Source: Amoebidium appalachense (lineage: Eukaryota > Protista > Ichthyosporea). From it: a stretch of 64,000 bases of DNA. The notes beneath the pieces are model-generated. The model searched no databases. It was given only the letters and a program-made list of their open reading frames with translations, and was not told the DNA's origin. The translations under genes were made by a program, and so were the position numbers. The stretch is from the NCBI GenBank assembly GCA_963693365.1, contig CAVNZM010000001.1, positions 3,550,907 through 3,614,906 of the forward strand. Direction: 5' to 3'. Position 1 is the first letter of the stretch; the number at the start of each line of letters is the position of its first letter. This document shows positions 1 to 13,403 of this stretch, piece by piece.

Positions 1-9
1 ACACGCACA

Positions 10-47
<38 letters not shown>

Positions 48-331
48 AACACCGTTGATACACACACGAGCTCGAGCACACAAGCACACACCTACACACA
101 CACACACACAGGAACACACAAACACACGCGCGCACACACACCCTGACACACAGGCACAGGAACACCGTTGAAACACACACAAGCTCGCGCACACATGCAC
201 ACACCTACACACCTACACACACACACAGGAACACACAAACACACGACCGCGCGCACACACACATACACACACAAACACACACATAAAGCATACGCATACA
301 CACGTACACACACATACACACACACACAGGA

Positions 332-370
<39 letters not shown>
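1..370. repeat. Degenerate compound (CA)n microsatellite
   Basis: CA dinucleotide runs interrupted by recurring CAGGAACAC units; overlapping HTHT/VCVC ORFs are repeat translations. Confidence 0.95.
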
Positions 371-888
371 TGTTGTGTGCGAGCATGTACGCAAGCGCAA
401 ATTTCGCATGCATGGACACTCACACAGTGGCCTGCTGTAACATGAACACACAGGCACAAATTGGTGCCATTCCCACTGTCACAGACGCATATTATCATCA
501 TGCCCGCACACTCCGGCCATTGTAAGTGTTTGCCAGCATGCATGTATGCTCGAAGTATACCCATGTGACACGTGTTGTACACGTACGTACACGTTTTTTG
601 ATTGCATCAATATTCTCAGTAACAGTACACCACCGACACACCTGGCCTGCAGCAACTGAGTGATAAATATTCCCGACAGTCGGACATCATTCTAATAGTT
701 GCCCATGCATGACCTTGGCAAAGGCAGGTCGACGCCAACCATACATAGGCTACCACTTGAGTCATAGCGAAACGGACACTGCGTGGGGACCCCAATGTAC
801 CCGTTAGCACACAGATAACGTTCACGGCAGTACCACTAGTCTAGGAGAGTGGTGAATGTGAAAGCGGGTGGGGGCTGAGCCAGGAGGG

Positions 889-930
<42 letters not shown>

Positions 931-1045
931 AGAACCAAGATGGGCCGATTTATATATGTATACATGTAGTCACGTATGGGAAGGGGGGGGGGGGGGGGGG
1001 GGGGGGGGGGTCCGGGAAAGGAGGGCAGGGGCCGGGGAGTATGAC

Positions 1046-1431
1046 GTAGAAATCTTTATTCGGACCAACTTCCTGATTGGCCCCCTCACTATATCAAATG
1101 CAACACCCAGAATAACATTCACAAATCTACGTAGACCATTCGAGTAGGGGGTTGCCATGCAAAGCCTCCTGGTGAGCTCCGAACGAGGAGCCGATTAATG
1201 GAGAAGAGGGGGAGGGTGGGAGGGAGGGGGAGGGGTGGGGGGAGGAGGGGGCGAGGGATTGTTTGGTACAATGGCGTGCAATCATGATGATTATGCAAAA
1301 AATATCATTGGGTTGGGGGGCGAGAAGAGGGGGGGGGGGGGGGGGGGGGAGAAGGGGATGATTGATAGTATTTGGGACCGGTTTTTTATAGTAGGCTCCA
1401 CCCAAAGAGGGATAGAGCCTCAGGGGCTCGG

Positions 1432-1468
<37 letters not shown>

Positions 1469-1749
1469 AGGAAATATTTATTCGGACCAACTTCCTGACT
1501 GCCCCCTCACTATATCAAATGCAACACCCAGAATAACATCCACAAATCTACGTAGACCGTTCGAGTAGGGGGTTGCCATTCAAAGCGTCCTGGTGAGCTC
1601 CGAACGAGGAGCCGAATAATGGAGAAGAGGGGGAGGGTGGGAGGGAGGGGGGAGGGGGTAGGGGGAGGAAGGGGCGAGGGATTGTTTGGTACAATGGCGT
1701 GCAATCATGATGATTATGCGAAAAACAACATTGGGTTGGGGGGCGAGAA

Positions 1750-1788
<39 letters not shown>

Positions 1789-1882
1789 GGGAGGGAGGGG
1801 ATGGATGATTGATAGTATTTGGGACCGGTTTTTTATAGTAGGCTCCACCCAAAGAGGGATAGAGCCTCAGGGGCTCGGCGGC
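1046..1882. repeat. Tandem duplication of a ~420-bp unit broken by poly-G tracts
   Basis: Copies at ~1046-1434 and ~1467-1882 share near-identical blocks: TTTATTCGGACCAACTTCCTGA, TGGTGAGCTCCGAACGAGGAGCCGA, GATAGTATTTGGGACCGGTTTTTTATAGTAGGCTCC. Confidence 0.9.
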
Positions 1883-1886
1883 GGGG

Positions 1887-1923
<37 letters not shown>

Positions 1924-2395
1924 TGAATATTGATTTTAATTAATATTGATTTGATGATGATCTTAAAGCCCAAGTATCCGAACCCCCTCCCCAGTTTCAA
2001 ATTCAGCACTCCCTTACTCTAATATACGGCTGTGGTTGAAGAGTATTAAGAGGGGTACTATGGAGGGGTGGCCATGGGGCACTAGTGGTAGGGGCACGCT
2101 AGGTAGAGCCATTACCAAGGACCGATTTGCTAAAAATATATGTCGAGGCCTAGTTGGGTATCGAAGGGGTGGTGGTGGCCACGGGGAGCCGGAAAAATGG
2201 ATGGGCCGGCCGGAGGGAGGGGCGGGTGAGAGAGGGGGGAGGGGGAAGGGCGGGGCCAGGGGGGCCGCGTGGGGGGTGGGGGGGGGGGGGGGGGGGGGGG
2301 GGGAGGGGGGAGCGTGGTGAGGGGGGTTGCATATGGGGGGATGGGAGAGAATCCGAGGAAAGGGGTAAGTACGGGGGTGGCCATGGGGAATGCCC

Positions 2396-2442
<47 letters not shown>

Positions 2443-3596
2443 GCGGGGGGGGGGAGGACTCGGAGGGGGAGGGTGGGAGGGAGGGGGAAGCGCCATAGCA
2501 GGTGCACCATCATCAAAGTATAACTATATTATGTAGCTGTCATGATCAGCGCTAGCACACAGATTACACACATGTGTACACAGTGCACGGCCGGCCTCGG
2601 GTAGGAGAAGTGGTCATCTGTTGTATCCCATCCGTATTTATAAAAATATTGAGAAGAAGGACGCGATAATACCAGTTCATTGTATAAAAAGATATATATC
2701 GGCCGTAAGGGTAGTATAGTGCATAGATATGTACATGAAAGGTGACAGCACGTGCATGTGGCCCCACATTCGCGCCTGCGCATGCCTGCGCCACGGGATG
2801 CACATGCGCCTCGCGCCAAGAATGTAGCTGATAAACATTGAAGCGGGATTGATTGGATAAATAGTTTGGCATTCAGATCATTCCATTGGTTTATCATTCT
2901 CACATGCCAGAATTTTATCGGCACTATTGCATTCCATTTACAGCGATGCGATTGGTTAAAAGATATGCGACTCGTCGCTGAAGTGAGCGACATAAAATTG
3001 GCTATAAAGACGCTTTCAGCCGCAAGAGCCGTCAGTATTTCTTTCTCTCTGTTTCTAAACGTTAGAAAATGTGAAAAAGCGCTATTTTTTTCTCTCACGC
3101 TGCGCTTCACTGTGCTATTAGAGCAGAACTACAAAGCTCTATACCGCGCGTCGTACAGCCATGTAACCAGGTAACCTGGATAATATTTGATTGCTCCGAA
3201 GGCAAAGAAAGGCCAGTGGCTAAATATCATTTATTTACTTTGCTTTTCTTGCTGGTGCAGCAACTATTGGTTAAACATTTTGGCAAATGCGACTTGATTG
3301 GCTATACTTAGACAAAGACGATTGGTTTATAATCATGATCTTATATGCCACATTTTTACGTCTGCATTTGCAAATTTTGGTGTGGTCAGCCCTCTTCAAA
3401 GGATTTTTCTTTCGAAGTCAATACATTACCATATATGGGAAAACACGGAATGTGATCCGTCAAAGAAAAATGTGCATTCGGAAAAAAAATCGCCTAAAAT
3501 AGAAAACAGAGATCGAAATACAAGAGAAAAAAAGGAGGAAGGATCAAAGCATTTTTGCAGCTGATATACCACCATATGAAACTATTCATATTCACA

Positions 3597-3925
3597 CTAT
3601 GATCTAGCCGTACCTCCGGGGGGGTCGCCAGCCATTCCACATAGCGCTCGGCAATGGGCAGAGACGATGGGGAAGGGAAGAGGTAGAGGGGCGAATCCGG
3701 CGGGGATGCGTGTAGCCGGAAGAGCGGGTGGTCCGGGGCACAAGCGGACAGGCGGGTGATGTGCTCGTGAAATTTAAGGTCTAATTCGTGTACGCGTTGT
3801 GATGGTGGTGTGAGTGCGTAGAGAGAATCAAAAAGGCGTCTAGGGATAGGTGTGGAAAGACCAGTGAGAAACATACAACAAATGGTACATTCCAGAAGTC
3901 CGGTACCCCTCTCGGTACCCCTATG
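3597..3925 (-). mobile_element. Fragment of a non-LTR retrotransposon ORF (region downstream of RT)
   Basis: Frame LLECTICCMFLTG...SQRVHELDLKFHEHITRL..PDHPLFRL..PIAERYVEWLATPPEVRLD resembles the post-RT region of fungal/protist LINEs (recalled pattern). Its end aligns without gaps (I-x3-Y-x2-W-x3-P-x3-R-x-D) to the ORF at 51163. Confidence 0.5.
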
Positions 3926-3932
3926 TGGAATT

Positions 3933-4212
3933 GGGGTTTACAGTACTCGAGGCAAAGAGAAACCAGTCTCAGGTATGGGGGGGGTTTTGCTCGGAATATC
4001 CCCTCAGCGGTATATCATGATCACGTACATAGATGTCGGGTGATGACTATATATCAGGGTTTACTTTCTCTACAAGACACCATAAAGACTACAAGGAGAA
4101 ATCAATTAGTTGGGGTTCCCCGTTTTTTTTTTTTTGTTTTTTTTGTTTTTTTTTTAAAGGGGCTCCCCTGGGACACTCGGTATCAGCTGGTTGTGTGTGT
4201 GTGTGTGTGTGT
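3933..4212. mobile_element. Dispersed ~260-bp non-coding repeat, copy A, ending in (TG)n
   Basis: Near-identical reverse-complement copy at 51808-52133, including the internal poly-T/A tract flanked by GGGGTTCCCC and AGGGGCTCCCCT palindromes. Confidence 0.85.
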
Positions 4213-4649
4213 TGGGTGGTTTTATCACAAATATGCGCTTTATAGGCTCATGATCCGAATTGAGGCAGTTTTCAAATATTCCTTTTGTCTCTTCTAAACA
4301 CCAATCATATCTAAACAATATAATCTATGTTTGACCTTATGTTGCCGGCACAGCCTGAGGCGACTCAAGTGCCGGTTGTGAAAATTTTCACTACGGTCCG
4401 ACTTGAACTGAGTTACCCACGTACAAAACGTTTTGAATACGCCTTTTCAAATGGTAGCTTTCTAACTCTCTCACTATATATACTTCATGTGCTATTGCTT
4501 GTACACATTTATAGATATTAATAACCCCACCACGCTCCCATCTGCTTCCAACGCACCCCCTTACTTCTCGACACATCAAGAAACAACGCACGCCTCGAGC
4601 TCCGGATCCACCTGCTCTCCGCCAAAAGAAACACAAACATTCTCTCATC

Positions 4650-5270
4650 ATGGCTCCTCTGTTCCTCCTAGGTTCATCATTGACGACTCTCGCAACACTC
4701 CTTCTCCCATCAGTACACGCAGTAAACACCACCCCCAGTGCGCAAACCATCCTCTGCTGTCCGGTCCTAAAGAACCCCCGCTGCCCAAACGACAAACTAG
4801 CCCCGACGTGTTGTTCCGACGGAAAATGGTACTGCGCCCCGTTAGTTAACTCAGTGCCTTACTGTCGGGCGAAACTCCAACTATCAGAGTCTGTGCCGTG
4901 CGTGTACACCCCCCCGAAAAGATGCTGCCAACCGGGCGGAAATAATCCTTGTGATGCGAACAAAAACGAAACTGCAGTGTGCTGTGCAGATGGTAACTGG
5001 GCTTGCCATGTCCCCCAACCGAGCGCCTTTTTTGCCGACGTATGCCTAAATAAGGGAGGAAGGAGTGGAATGTGCCCTGCCACAAACACGAAATGCTGCC
5101 CGGCAATACCAAAAGCGGACTATCCCTGTGATAAGACAAAGGGACTCAAGGCGCGGTGTTGTAGTGATGGAAAGTATTATTGTGCGGCCAGGGAGGAGGG
5201 GCCAGAGCAGGTGTGCGTGAGGGAACTATTGTGGGTTAGTAGCAGGTGTGTGGCTGGGTCGAGGTTCTAG
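4650..5270 (+). CDS. Secreted cysteine-rich protein, 206 aa, three tandem 8-Cys repeats
   Basis: Uninterrupted non-repetitive ORF with a signal-like N-terminus (MAPLFLLGSSLTTLATLLLPSVHA) and three repeats of CC-x-C-x-CC[SA]DG[KN][WY]xC-x-C-x-C. Confidence 0.85.
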   Translation: MAPLFLLGSSLTTLATLLLPSVHAVNTTPSAQTILCCPVLKNPRCPNDKLAPTCCSDGKWYCAPLVNSVPYCRAKLQLSESVPCVYTPPKRCCQPGGNNPCDANKNETAVCCADGNWACHVPQPSAFFADVCLNKGGRSGMCPATNTKCCPAIPKADYPCDKTKGLKARCCSDGKYYCAAREEGPEQVCVRELLWVSSRCVAGSRF

Positions 5271-7304
5271 TGCAAACAGTGGCTTGCATGAATGTTGTGC
5301 AGTGATGCTGCCTTTTTTTTTTTTTGTTCGTAGGGAGTATAATTGTTGTTTCGCACATACTATTACGGTACGCCTATATCATATTAGTCATACTTCACCA
5401 TGTTTCTGCGAAAGGGCTTGGGTATAGTATACTCTAGGCCATATTTTTGTAATTTTTGTATACGTGCGGAGTGAATGCTGTACACCGTGGTAAATGGGTC
5501 CAATTGTTCGAAAGCTCACATGCAATAAAGGACGCAAGGTTGCCTTGTGGTTAGTGAACACACAGTGGTGCGCGTACTCACAGGGAGGCACAACAACCTT
5601 GAAGGCCTAAATCATGCCATCGACACACACAATTTTACGTGCCTACACTTTTGCGTTGATACGCTCATCAGGTGCCTAGCCTGTAAAACACCCTGCACAC
5701 AACCAGGAAAAAGGGAGCATACACACATTCACACCACGGCATGCACATACACATGCACACGCACACATACGTAGAAGAGTTTGGGCTACTGATACACACG
5801 AACATGCACTGACATCCCCACACACACAAATGGTGACAGCAGCTTAGTACGTGCACACCGTCACACAAACATCTCCATGACCATGCAGGAAGACAGATAC
5901 ACAGGCACACGTCACAAGTACAGCATTAATCACATACACAACGTGCCACAGAGTCACACACGCACGACCGTAACACACAAGAGTTCAGTCACACAAACAC
6001 GTGATGTCTGCATAGTATCCAAATGCCGCCGTGATCATACTCTTCTAATTGCCTAAGTTCTGGTACGTACGTAATATGAAATTGCCTGCTCACGTGCATG
6101 ACTCTCTTCGTAATGAAATTAGTAGCAGGCCTCATAATATTATATAACACGTGTGTGTGTGTGTGTGTGTGTGTATGCGCGCGCGCGCGCGCGCGTCTAT
6201 GTGTGCGGTGTGGTGTGCGTGCGGTGTGCAGTGTGCGGTGTGCGGCGTGCGTGTGTGTGTGTGTGCGGTGTGTGTGACTGTGCGTGTGCGTATGGGTGTG
6301 AGTGTGATTTAAACTCTAGTATGTACAGACTGTGTATGTATGTATAATTTTGGCAAATCATTGAGGTTGTAGCCTTTTGTGAAGCCTATACACCCTCCAA
6401 CGACAATAATTCATGATCAAAAAATGCAAAGGAAACAGAAGATTGTGCATGGGCTCACGCACACCACGATACATTCACCCTGGCACGCCATCATTCATAA
6501 ACAAAAAAGAGAAAACCGTGATCATAAAACCGTAAATCATAAAATCGTAAATAAAAACCGTAAATCATAAAAATGTCGGTAAAAGGGTGTGTTTGTGTGT
6601 GTGCCACGGTGTGTTTTGGAGGGGGGGGGGGGGTTTACGTTTTTCATAGTTCGACCAGGTCATGAACTTTTCTCCATACGATAACTGTGGCTATGGCGAC
6701 CACTTCAGCAGCAATTTGTGGGGTGGCCAGAAATTTCACAAGGGGCAATGTGAAACAGTTTACTCCCAAGAGTAAGTAACTATCACTCTCACAATCCTGC
6801 ATGGCAGCCGTTCCATGCAGCACTACGCACTGTGGCTGGCCACCCAAAGACTACTGCCGACTTCAGTACTCTTTTGTTGTTATGCTCATCATGCGTGTGA
6901 TTGCGGGAGAAAAGGTACGGCATACCTGATTCAGCAGACCTTGAAGTTGCCAATTCGTTCTCCACGTGTACAGGGAGAGGCTAAGCATGAAATGGCACAA
7001 AAGTCTTTCTACTTACGATAACGAAAATCAGCTGAATTCAAGAGAGACTACAGAACATCTTCCAAAGTATCATAAATGGAATGGCGGGAAGGAGAAAGGG
7101 ACGAGCGGGAGGGGAATACGGTGGTCCGCAGGAGGATTGGGGGTTGAGGGTGCGTGTGTGTGTGTGTGTGTATGTTGGGGGGGGGGGGGGGGGGGGGGGA
7201 CGGGTGAAGGTGACTGCGGAACAAATGCAATCATGTGCCAGTTAATATCTATAGCTAACTGCCCGGATTTGAGGCCTGTGATGATCTCCAGCAAATAAAT
7301 GCAT

Positions 7305-7343
<39 letters not shown>

Positions 7344-7927
7344 TCCTCCTCCTAATTTGTGGCCATTGCGCCTCAGGCTGCTGGGGTAATTCTCCCAAAC
7401 CGTCATATTCGGGTAGTTACAACAAAAAATGCATCCCCGGGTCATTCTTGAAAGTTGCAAAAGCAAATCTAGCCTATGAGAACGCAATATAAGCCGGCAC
7501 ATATTATGTACAGACATATGTATTTTATCCGGATAGCTCGAGAACCTCAACTGTACCATGTTGAGAAATTAATTCATAGTCGCATCTAGAACATTACCGA
7601 CGGGCCTTCCATTATGCCATTATATTTTCTTATCATTCATACCAACCACTTTATACAAGCACTACACACAGTCTGCCAATGACCGAGAATTCGAAGCAGG
7701 CCTTATATAAAACCATGAGAATAGAAACCAGCTTTAAACATGCAAATCCACCGAACACTTCGTTCGTCAACATTCGCACGCAACAAAAGCACTAGTTCGG
7801 TCAAGTAAAACATCCTTTCTCACACTGCCACATAACTCCTTCAACGCTTCAGAAACTGCAAAGTTGTCAAAAGGGAATCAACACAACACTACACGAACTG
7901 CCCCCCCCCCCCCCCCCCTCCCCCCCT

Positions 7928-8058
<131 letters not shown>

Positions 8059-8094
8059 AAAGAAAAGAAAAGGCAACCAACATTTACCACATGC

Positions 8095-8688
8095 TCACAC
8101 CCGGTCGAAAGCCGAGACTGTTGCAGCCACTGATGCCGCATTGCCCCTTGCAACGTGCAGGTGGGCCCCATCGTCGTAGATGAGACAGTGGGCCTTAAAC
8201 CCCGCCTTGCCTCCCTTCTTGTCTGTGGGGGAGGACATCATCATGTTAAGGCCTATATACACCTTTGGCGGTGAGACTCGCATATGTAGTGACATCACGA
8301 TGACCTCATTAAAGTATGTGCTAACGTCACTAAGTGGGTCATGGCCGGCTAGACCGATAAAAATTGAGCGCACTGATTACCATTTTCTATAAAAGAAACC
8401 CCATTTTGGGCCGGTGCCATCCAAAGCAAATGCCATGGCGTTGGACATGCCGATATAGTCGTTAATGACAGGGCACTCATTGGGATGCGTACTATTGGGC
8501 GGTTGAATGGAGCCCTGATGGTGTCGGCTCACTGAAGCGGATCCCATGTGCAGTCGTATGAATGTGTGTATATGTGTGTATATGTATGTGTACGTGTACG
8601 TGTACCTGCACGTGTATGTCTAGATTTATCTGGATGGGTATTTAAGTATGCCCATGTGTACCCGTGTGTTATGTGCTCGCCTGTGTGT

Positions 8689-8729
<41 letters not shown>

Positions 8730-10014
8730 GCACGCGCGCATGCGCGCACGCGCTTGTGCATGCGTGTTTGTGTGCTTGCAGGTGTGCACGTCCACATCCG
8801 CACATGCCTGTGTTCTAACCTGTGTTCACATGGTTGGTTTACGATATAGGGGGGGAGGGGGCAGGGGGGGGGGGGTTGAATGCGGAACACGGTACGAAGT
8901 ACGCATACACGACGAGAAGCATGGTGCAGGACACATGCAAAGGCAAACAATCAAGTATGCAACATCAGCCATGTGCACAGTATGCGTCATAAGCAGAGCC
9001 CATCCTCAGGGAGGACCCAAGTCATCAATTGCGTCTGAGTTTCGACCCCTTAGCCCGCGTATATACGACGCTCCAACTCAGACAGCAGCATCAACTGTAG
9101 TTGGGCGGGTCAACCCGTCTTGATCAAAGACGAGCAGGGTTGCTTATGCAAGCAAGGTGAGCAAAACGGTGAAGATGTGTGTGCAAACTAATGCAGTGCA
9201 GCGAAAAATGCGTATGTGCTTACAGATGCACGACACAGAGCAACCATGCCCGGTTGTATGGGGGGGGGGCATCACCTGACAAAAGAAACTGAGAGACCGA
9301 TGCATTTCCAGGAATAGACGGCCTGGCTCCAAACTCCATCAACATGGAGTATATCACACCCCCGTGTGTCACAATCGCTACATTCGGGATATTCCCGTTT
9401 TGATACCCCAAATATCCATCATTTTCACTGCTGACGTGGTCGTTGTGCTCGTGTGGTTTGGCATGCTTCTTGTATATCTCGCTCATAAAATGAGATATGC
9501 GAGATCGAAATTCAGGGACCGGTTCTGCTCCTTCGGGTACATATTGGTCGTACGGGACACCGGCTGCCCTTGCCAACTTTTCCGTTGTGCCGTAGGGCAA
9601 ACCTTCAACCACTCCACATGCCTGCAAACGAATTTCGTTACCTTAATTTTATACATATAGAATAAAGAAAGGAAGACTCTTCGATACAGTTCTGCTACAA
9701 CACAACTGAACCACGACCTAATAGTGCACACAACGTGCCCATTATCTTCTTCCGAGCGCAAACGTGTGGGCGGAGACACAGGGTCAAGGGAAGACATCCG
9801 TATAGTCGACTACACGTCTGCAAACTCATGTGCACACACACACAAACACTTTGCACGCCTAAACAATCATCCCTCAGACAAACATGCATCTTCTGTTTCC
9901 TGGTCTCCAGCATACCGCTTCCCTTGCCTACCTCCCTCCAACATCCTTGTCCGCACCCCTAATTCTAGAGATCTCCCTTAAGCTCAATTCAGTGTTTCAC
10001 CATCCCCCCCCCCC

Positions 10015-10045
<31 letters not shown>

Positions 10046-11134
10046 ACACACCCACCCACCCACCCACCCACCCACCCCCAACCCCAATCACTTACCCACA
10101 AACACACACACTCGCCCACTACACACACAAACAAGACAAGAGACAGAAATCTATCGGCTCGTTTTCCAATACTACTGTATTGTGGCCCCTTCTCTGCACG
10201 GCTCCTTCACTCCCAACCACCACCCGCCTGTTTTAAAGCAACCACCACTTCTTCCATTTTAAGCCCTGATCGAGGTAGATCCGATCGAGGATGTCAGATT
10301 GCCCTGGCGCGGCTTGTGAAATCCTCGATCCTATCAAGACATCGAGGGTGTGACGTCATTCTGTGCACACTTCTCCCGCCAAAATTACAGCTGTGCACAG
10401 AATGACGTCACACCCTCGATTTCTTGATAGAATCGAGGATTTCACAAGCCGCGCCAGGGCAATCTGACATCCTCGATCGGATCTACCTCGATTAGGGCTT
10501 AAAATGGAAGAAGCGGTGGTTGCTTTAATGGCCTTTTCTTAAGAGTTCTTCAAATCCCCCCCTCCCCCTCCCCGCCCCCCCCCCCCCCCCAAACAACAAC
10601 CAAAAAAAATAAGTCCCTTACAACCCCGCCCAGAAACACTCGACAATAGCCTTACCTTCTACCCCAGGCAACTTAAGATATCCCAATAAGGCAACTGGCC
10701 ACTGAGTAGTCACAATACACACCCACCCACACACACCAACCCATCCACACACCTTTTCCCTCAGCCTCCTATCCTCCATCAATTTGCAGTCTGGAATTCG
10801 CCGGAGTATCGCCTGGGCCGTCTGTTCCGTGGGTGGATACGGGGGCAATAACTTGGTCAGCAAGTGGGAAAAAAGGATTAGGGCAAGATGGGATGGTATC
10901 TGGGGTTTAGACTGATTATGTCTGATTGAGAAAACATGGGCAGGTGCACGAAGGCGCAGTATTTCTACTGGGTGTTAAATAAGCAACAAAAGGTTGTGTG
11001 GCATATACCCCCCCCCCCCCCCCCCCCCCCCTCTCTGTCCCTCAGCAAACACACACACAAAATTAAAAAAAACACCACCACAACCATCGCTCCAGAGTAT
11101 GTAAACAACCGTCCTCCTTCCCTGTGAACATCAT

Positions 11135-11173
<39 letters not shown>

Positions 11174-12089
11174 AAAAAAAAAAAAGAAGAAGAAGAAGTA
11201 GAAACAAACAAACAACAAAGAAATAAAGCGTGTATGTGATGTGTGAGTGTGAGTGTGAGTGTGAGTGTGAGTGAGTGAATGAGTGAGTGAGAGTGAGTGA
11301 GTGTATGAGTGTGTGTGTGCACGTGTGTGTGTGTGAGGCTGTGCGGGGGCATGTGTGTATGCGTCCTTGTGTTCGATTGTGTGTGTATGTGTCTGTGTAT
11401 GCGTGCTTATGTGCAGCCCCCCCCCCCCCCCCCCCCCCCCCAAAAAAAGGGGGGGGGGGGGGGGGGGGGGGGGGGAGGAAGGGGGGGGGGGGGGGGGGGG
11501 AGAGAGAGAAGATGTGTGCGTGTGTGTTTGTAGTTGGGGGGATGGGGACAGGGGATGGGGGGGGGGGGGGGGGGGGGGGAAGGGGGGAGGGGGAGGGCAG
11601 GGCACCCACATGGCTAGCTCTTTGCAGGTCGCTGGTATAAATGACATCCAGAGCATATTTGGAGGCCACAGCCTGCCCGACCAACTCAGCCTGCAGGATC
11701 CCTGTGTCGTTGAGCGGTGTGTCTGTCTGCCCTGTGTGTGTCTGTGTATGTCAGTGAGGTTGCGGTTCTGTGTGCTTCGTGTGTGCTTGTACATGGATGT
11801 ACCAGAAGTTCTGCTTCTCCGTAATAGTGTGAATGCCCAAGACGATTTTTGTGCGTGCACACAGGCTTTTTCTCTCTCTCCATCCCTCCCACCCTCCGTC
11901 CTTCAACAACCCATTTTTCTTCTCCCCATTCCCCCCCCCTCCCCCCCTTCCCCCCCGTTCTCGCCCTCTCTCTCCTCCCCCCCCTCCCCCCCCCCCCCCC
12001 CCCACACACACACTCTCTCTTCCCCCACTCCAACCCCAGTCTCTCTCTCTCTGTGTGTGTGTGTTTTGATGTGGCTGTGTGTGTGTGTG

Positions 12090-12135
<46 letters not shown>

Positions 12136-12928
12136 CTGTATGCGTGTCTGTATGTGTATGGGCTCTTGAACGAGGAATCTTACACCGGCTGAGGTGCGTT
12201 TGCTTGCCTGTTTATTGAACGGGGCTAATAATGGGCTAGTAGAGCCGGAGGGTGGGATGTGGGGACCAATCAATGCCCCCAATAAAATAAAAAGAACATA
12301 AAAATGACCAGGTAGCTCCACTGCTAGTCGGCCTATAATAAAAACCGTAAATATGTGATGGTGCTGGAGTGAGTAAATGCACAATGTAGATTCAAGAAAA
12401 ATAGGGGTGCACCGACTGTTATGTAAGAAGGAACAAGTAACGATGCTGGGGTAGATATCAAAGGCAACAGAGCGGGGGTGTTTTTTTTTTTTTTTTCCCT
12501 CCCCCGAACTCATGGGGAAACCAGGAAGGGCAATTATGGGGGGGGAAATTCTTAGAAATTTTAAAACAAACCAGCCCCAAAAAACAGAAACACTGGTCTA
12601 AATGTGCTTTCACGAATCATGCCCAAACAAGTGTCAATATACAGCAAGGCCTCCTTTATTGGAGTGCTATTTAGGAGGCCTTGATATACAGAGGACACAT
12701 TTATCACAACCTAGAAGAACCTTTCCACAGCCAGGACCAGCACTTGAACTCCAGCCCGGGCACGAATGGCCAAACAACCCCAGGGAATGGGGGAGGGGGG
12801 GGGGGGATGTCACCTTGCAAAATGCCTTGCGTATTGGCCACGGTTTCCCCGCTGCAAAAAACAAAAGGGAATAACAAACAAACAAATAAATCAATAAATA
12901 AATAACACTTTTCTTTGTGGTGGTGGTG

Positions 12929-12959
<31 letters not shown>

Positions 12960-13367
12960 GGTGGGTGGGTGGTGTGTGTGTGTGTGGGGGGAGGGGGCGG
13001 GGGAGGGAGGCCTCTTCGTTACATCTTCATGCCTGTACTTGCTTTGCACCCCCCCCCCCCACCCCCCCTTTCCCCGCTCCACTCCCCCCTCCCCCCCCCC
13101 TCCCTGCCCCTCCTTCCCCCCCCCCCCTCCCTCCCCCTCCCTTCCCCCCCCCCCCCCCCCCCCCCCCCCCGCGCAAAAAAAAACAAAACAAAAAAAACGC
13201 ACACACATCAAAACCCACCCACCACCGCACACACCATTCTCCATCCACACACTTCTCTCGTATATTGTGTGTTGTGCTGGATATGCCATAGATAACCCTA
13301 TTGACGTGGGCGGTGAGAATTTGTGCGGTGAGAAGTTGGGTACGTGTAAGGTTGTTAGGGGGGGGGT

Positions 13368-13403
<36 letters not shown>

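Noticed and set aside
6650-6771. Exon-like segment (ttcatag|..|gtaagt) reading FDQVMNFSPYDNCGYGDHF..
   Set aside because: No recognisable protein or partner exons; cannot be supported without RNA data.
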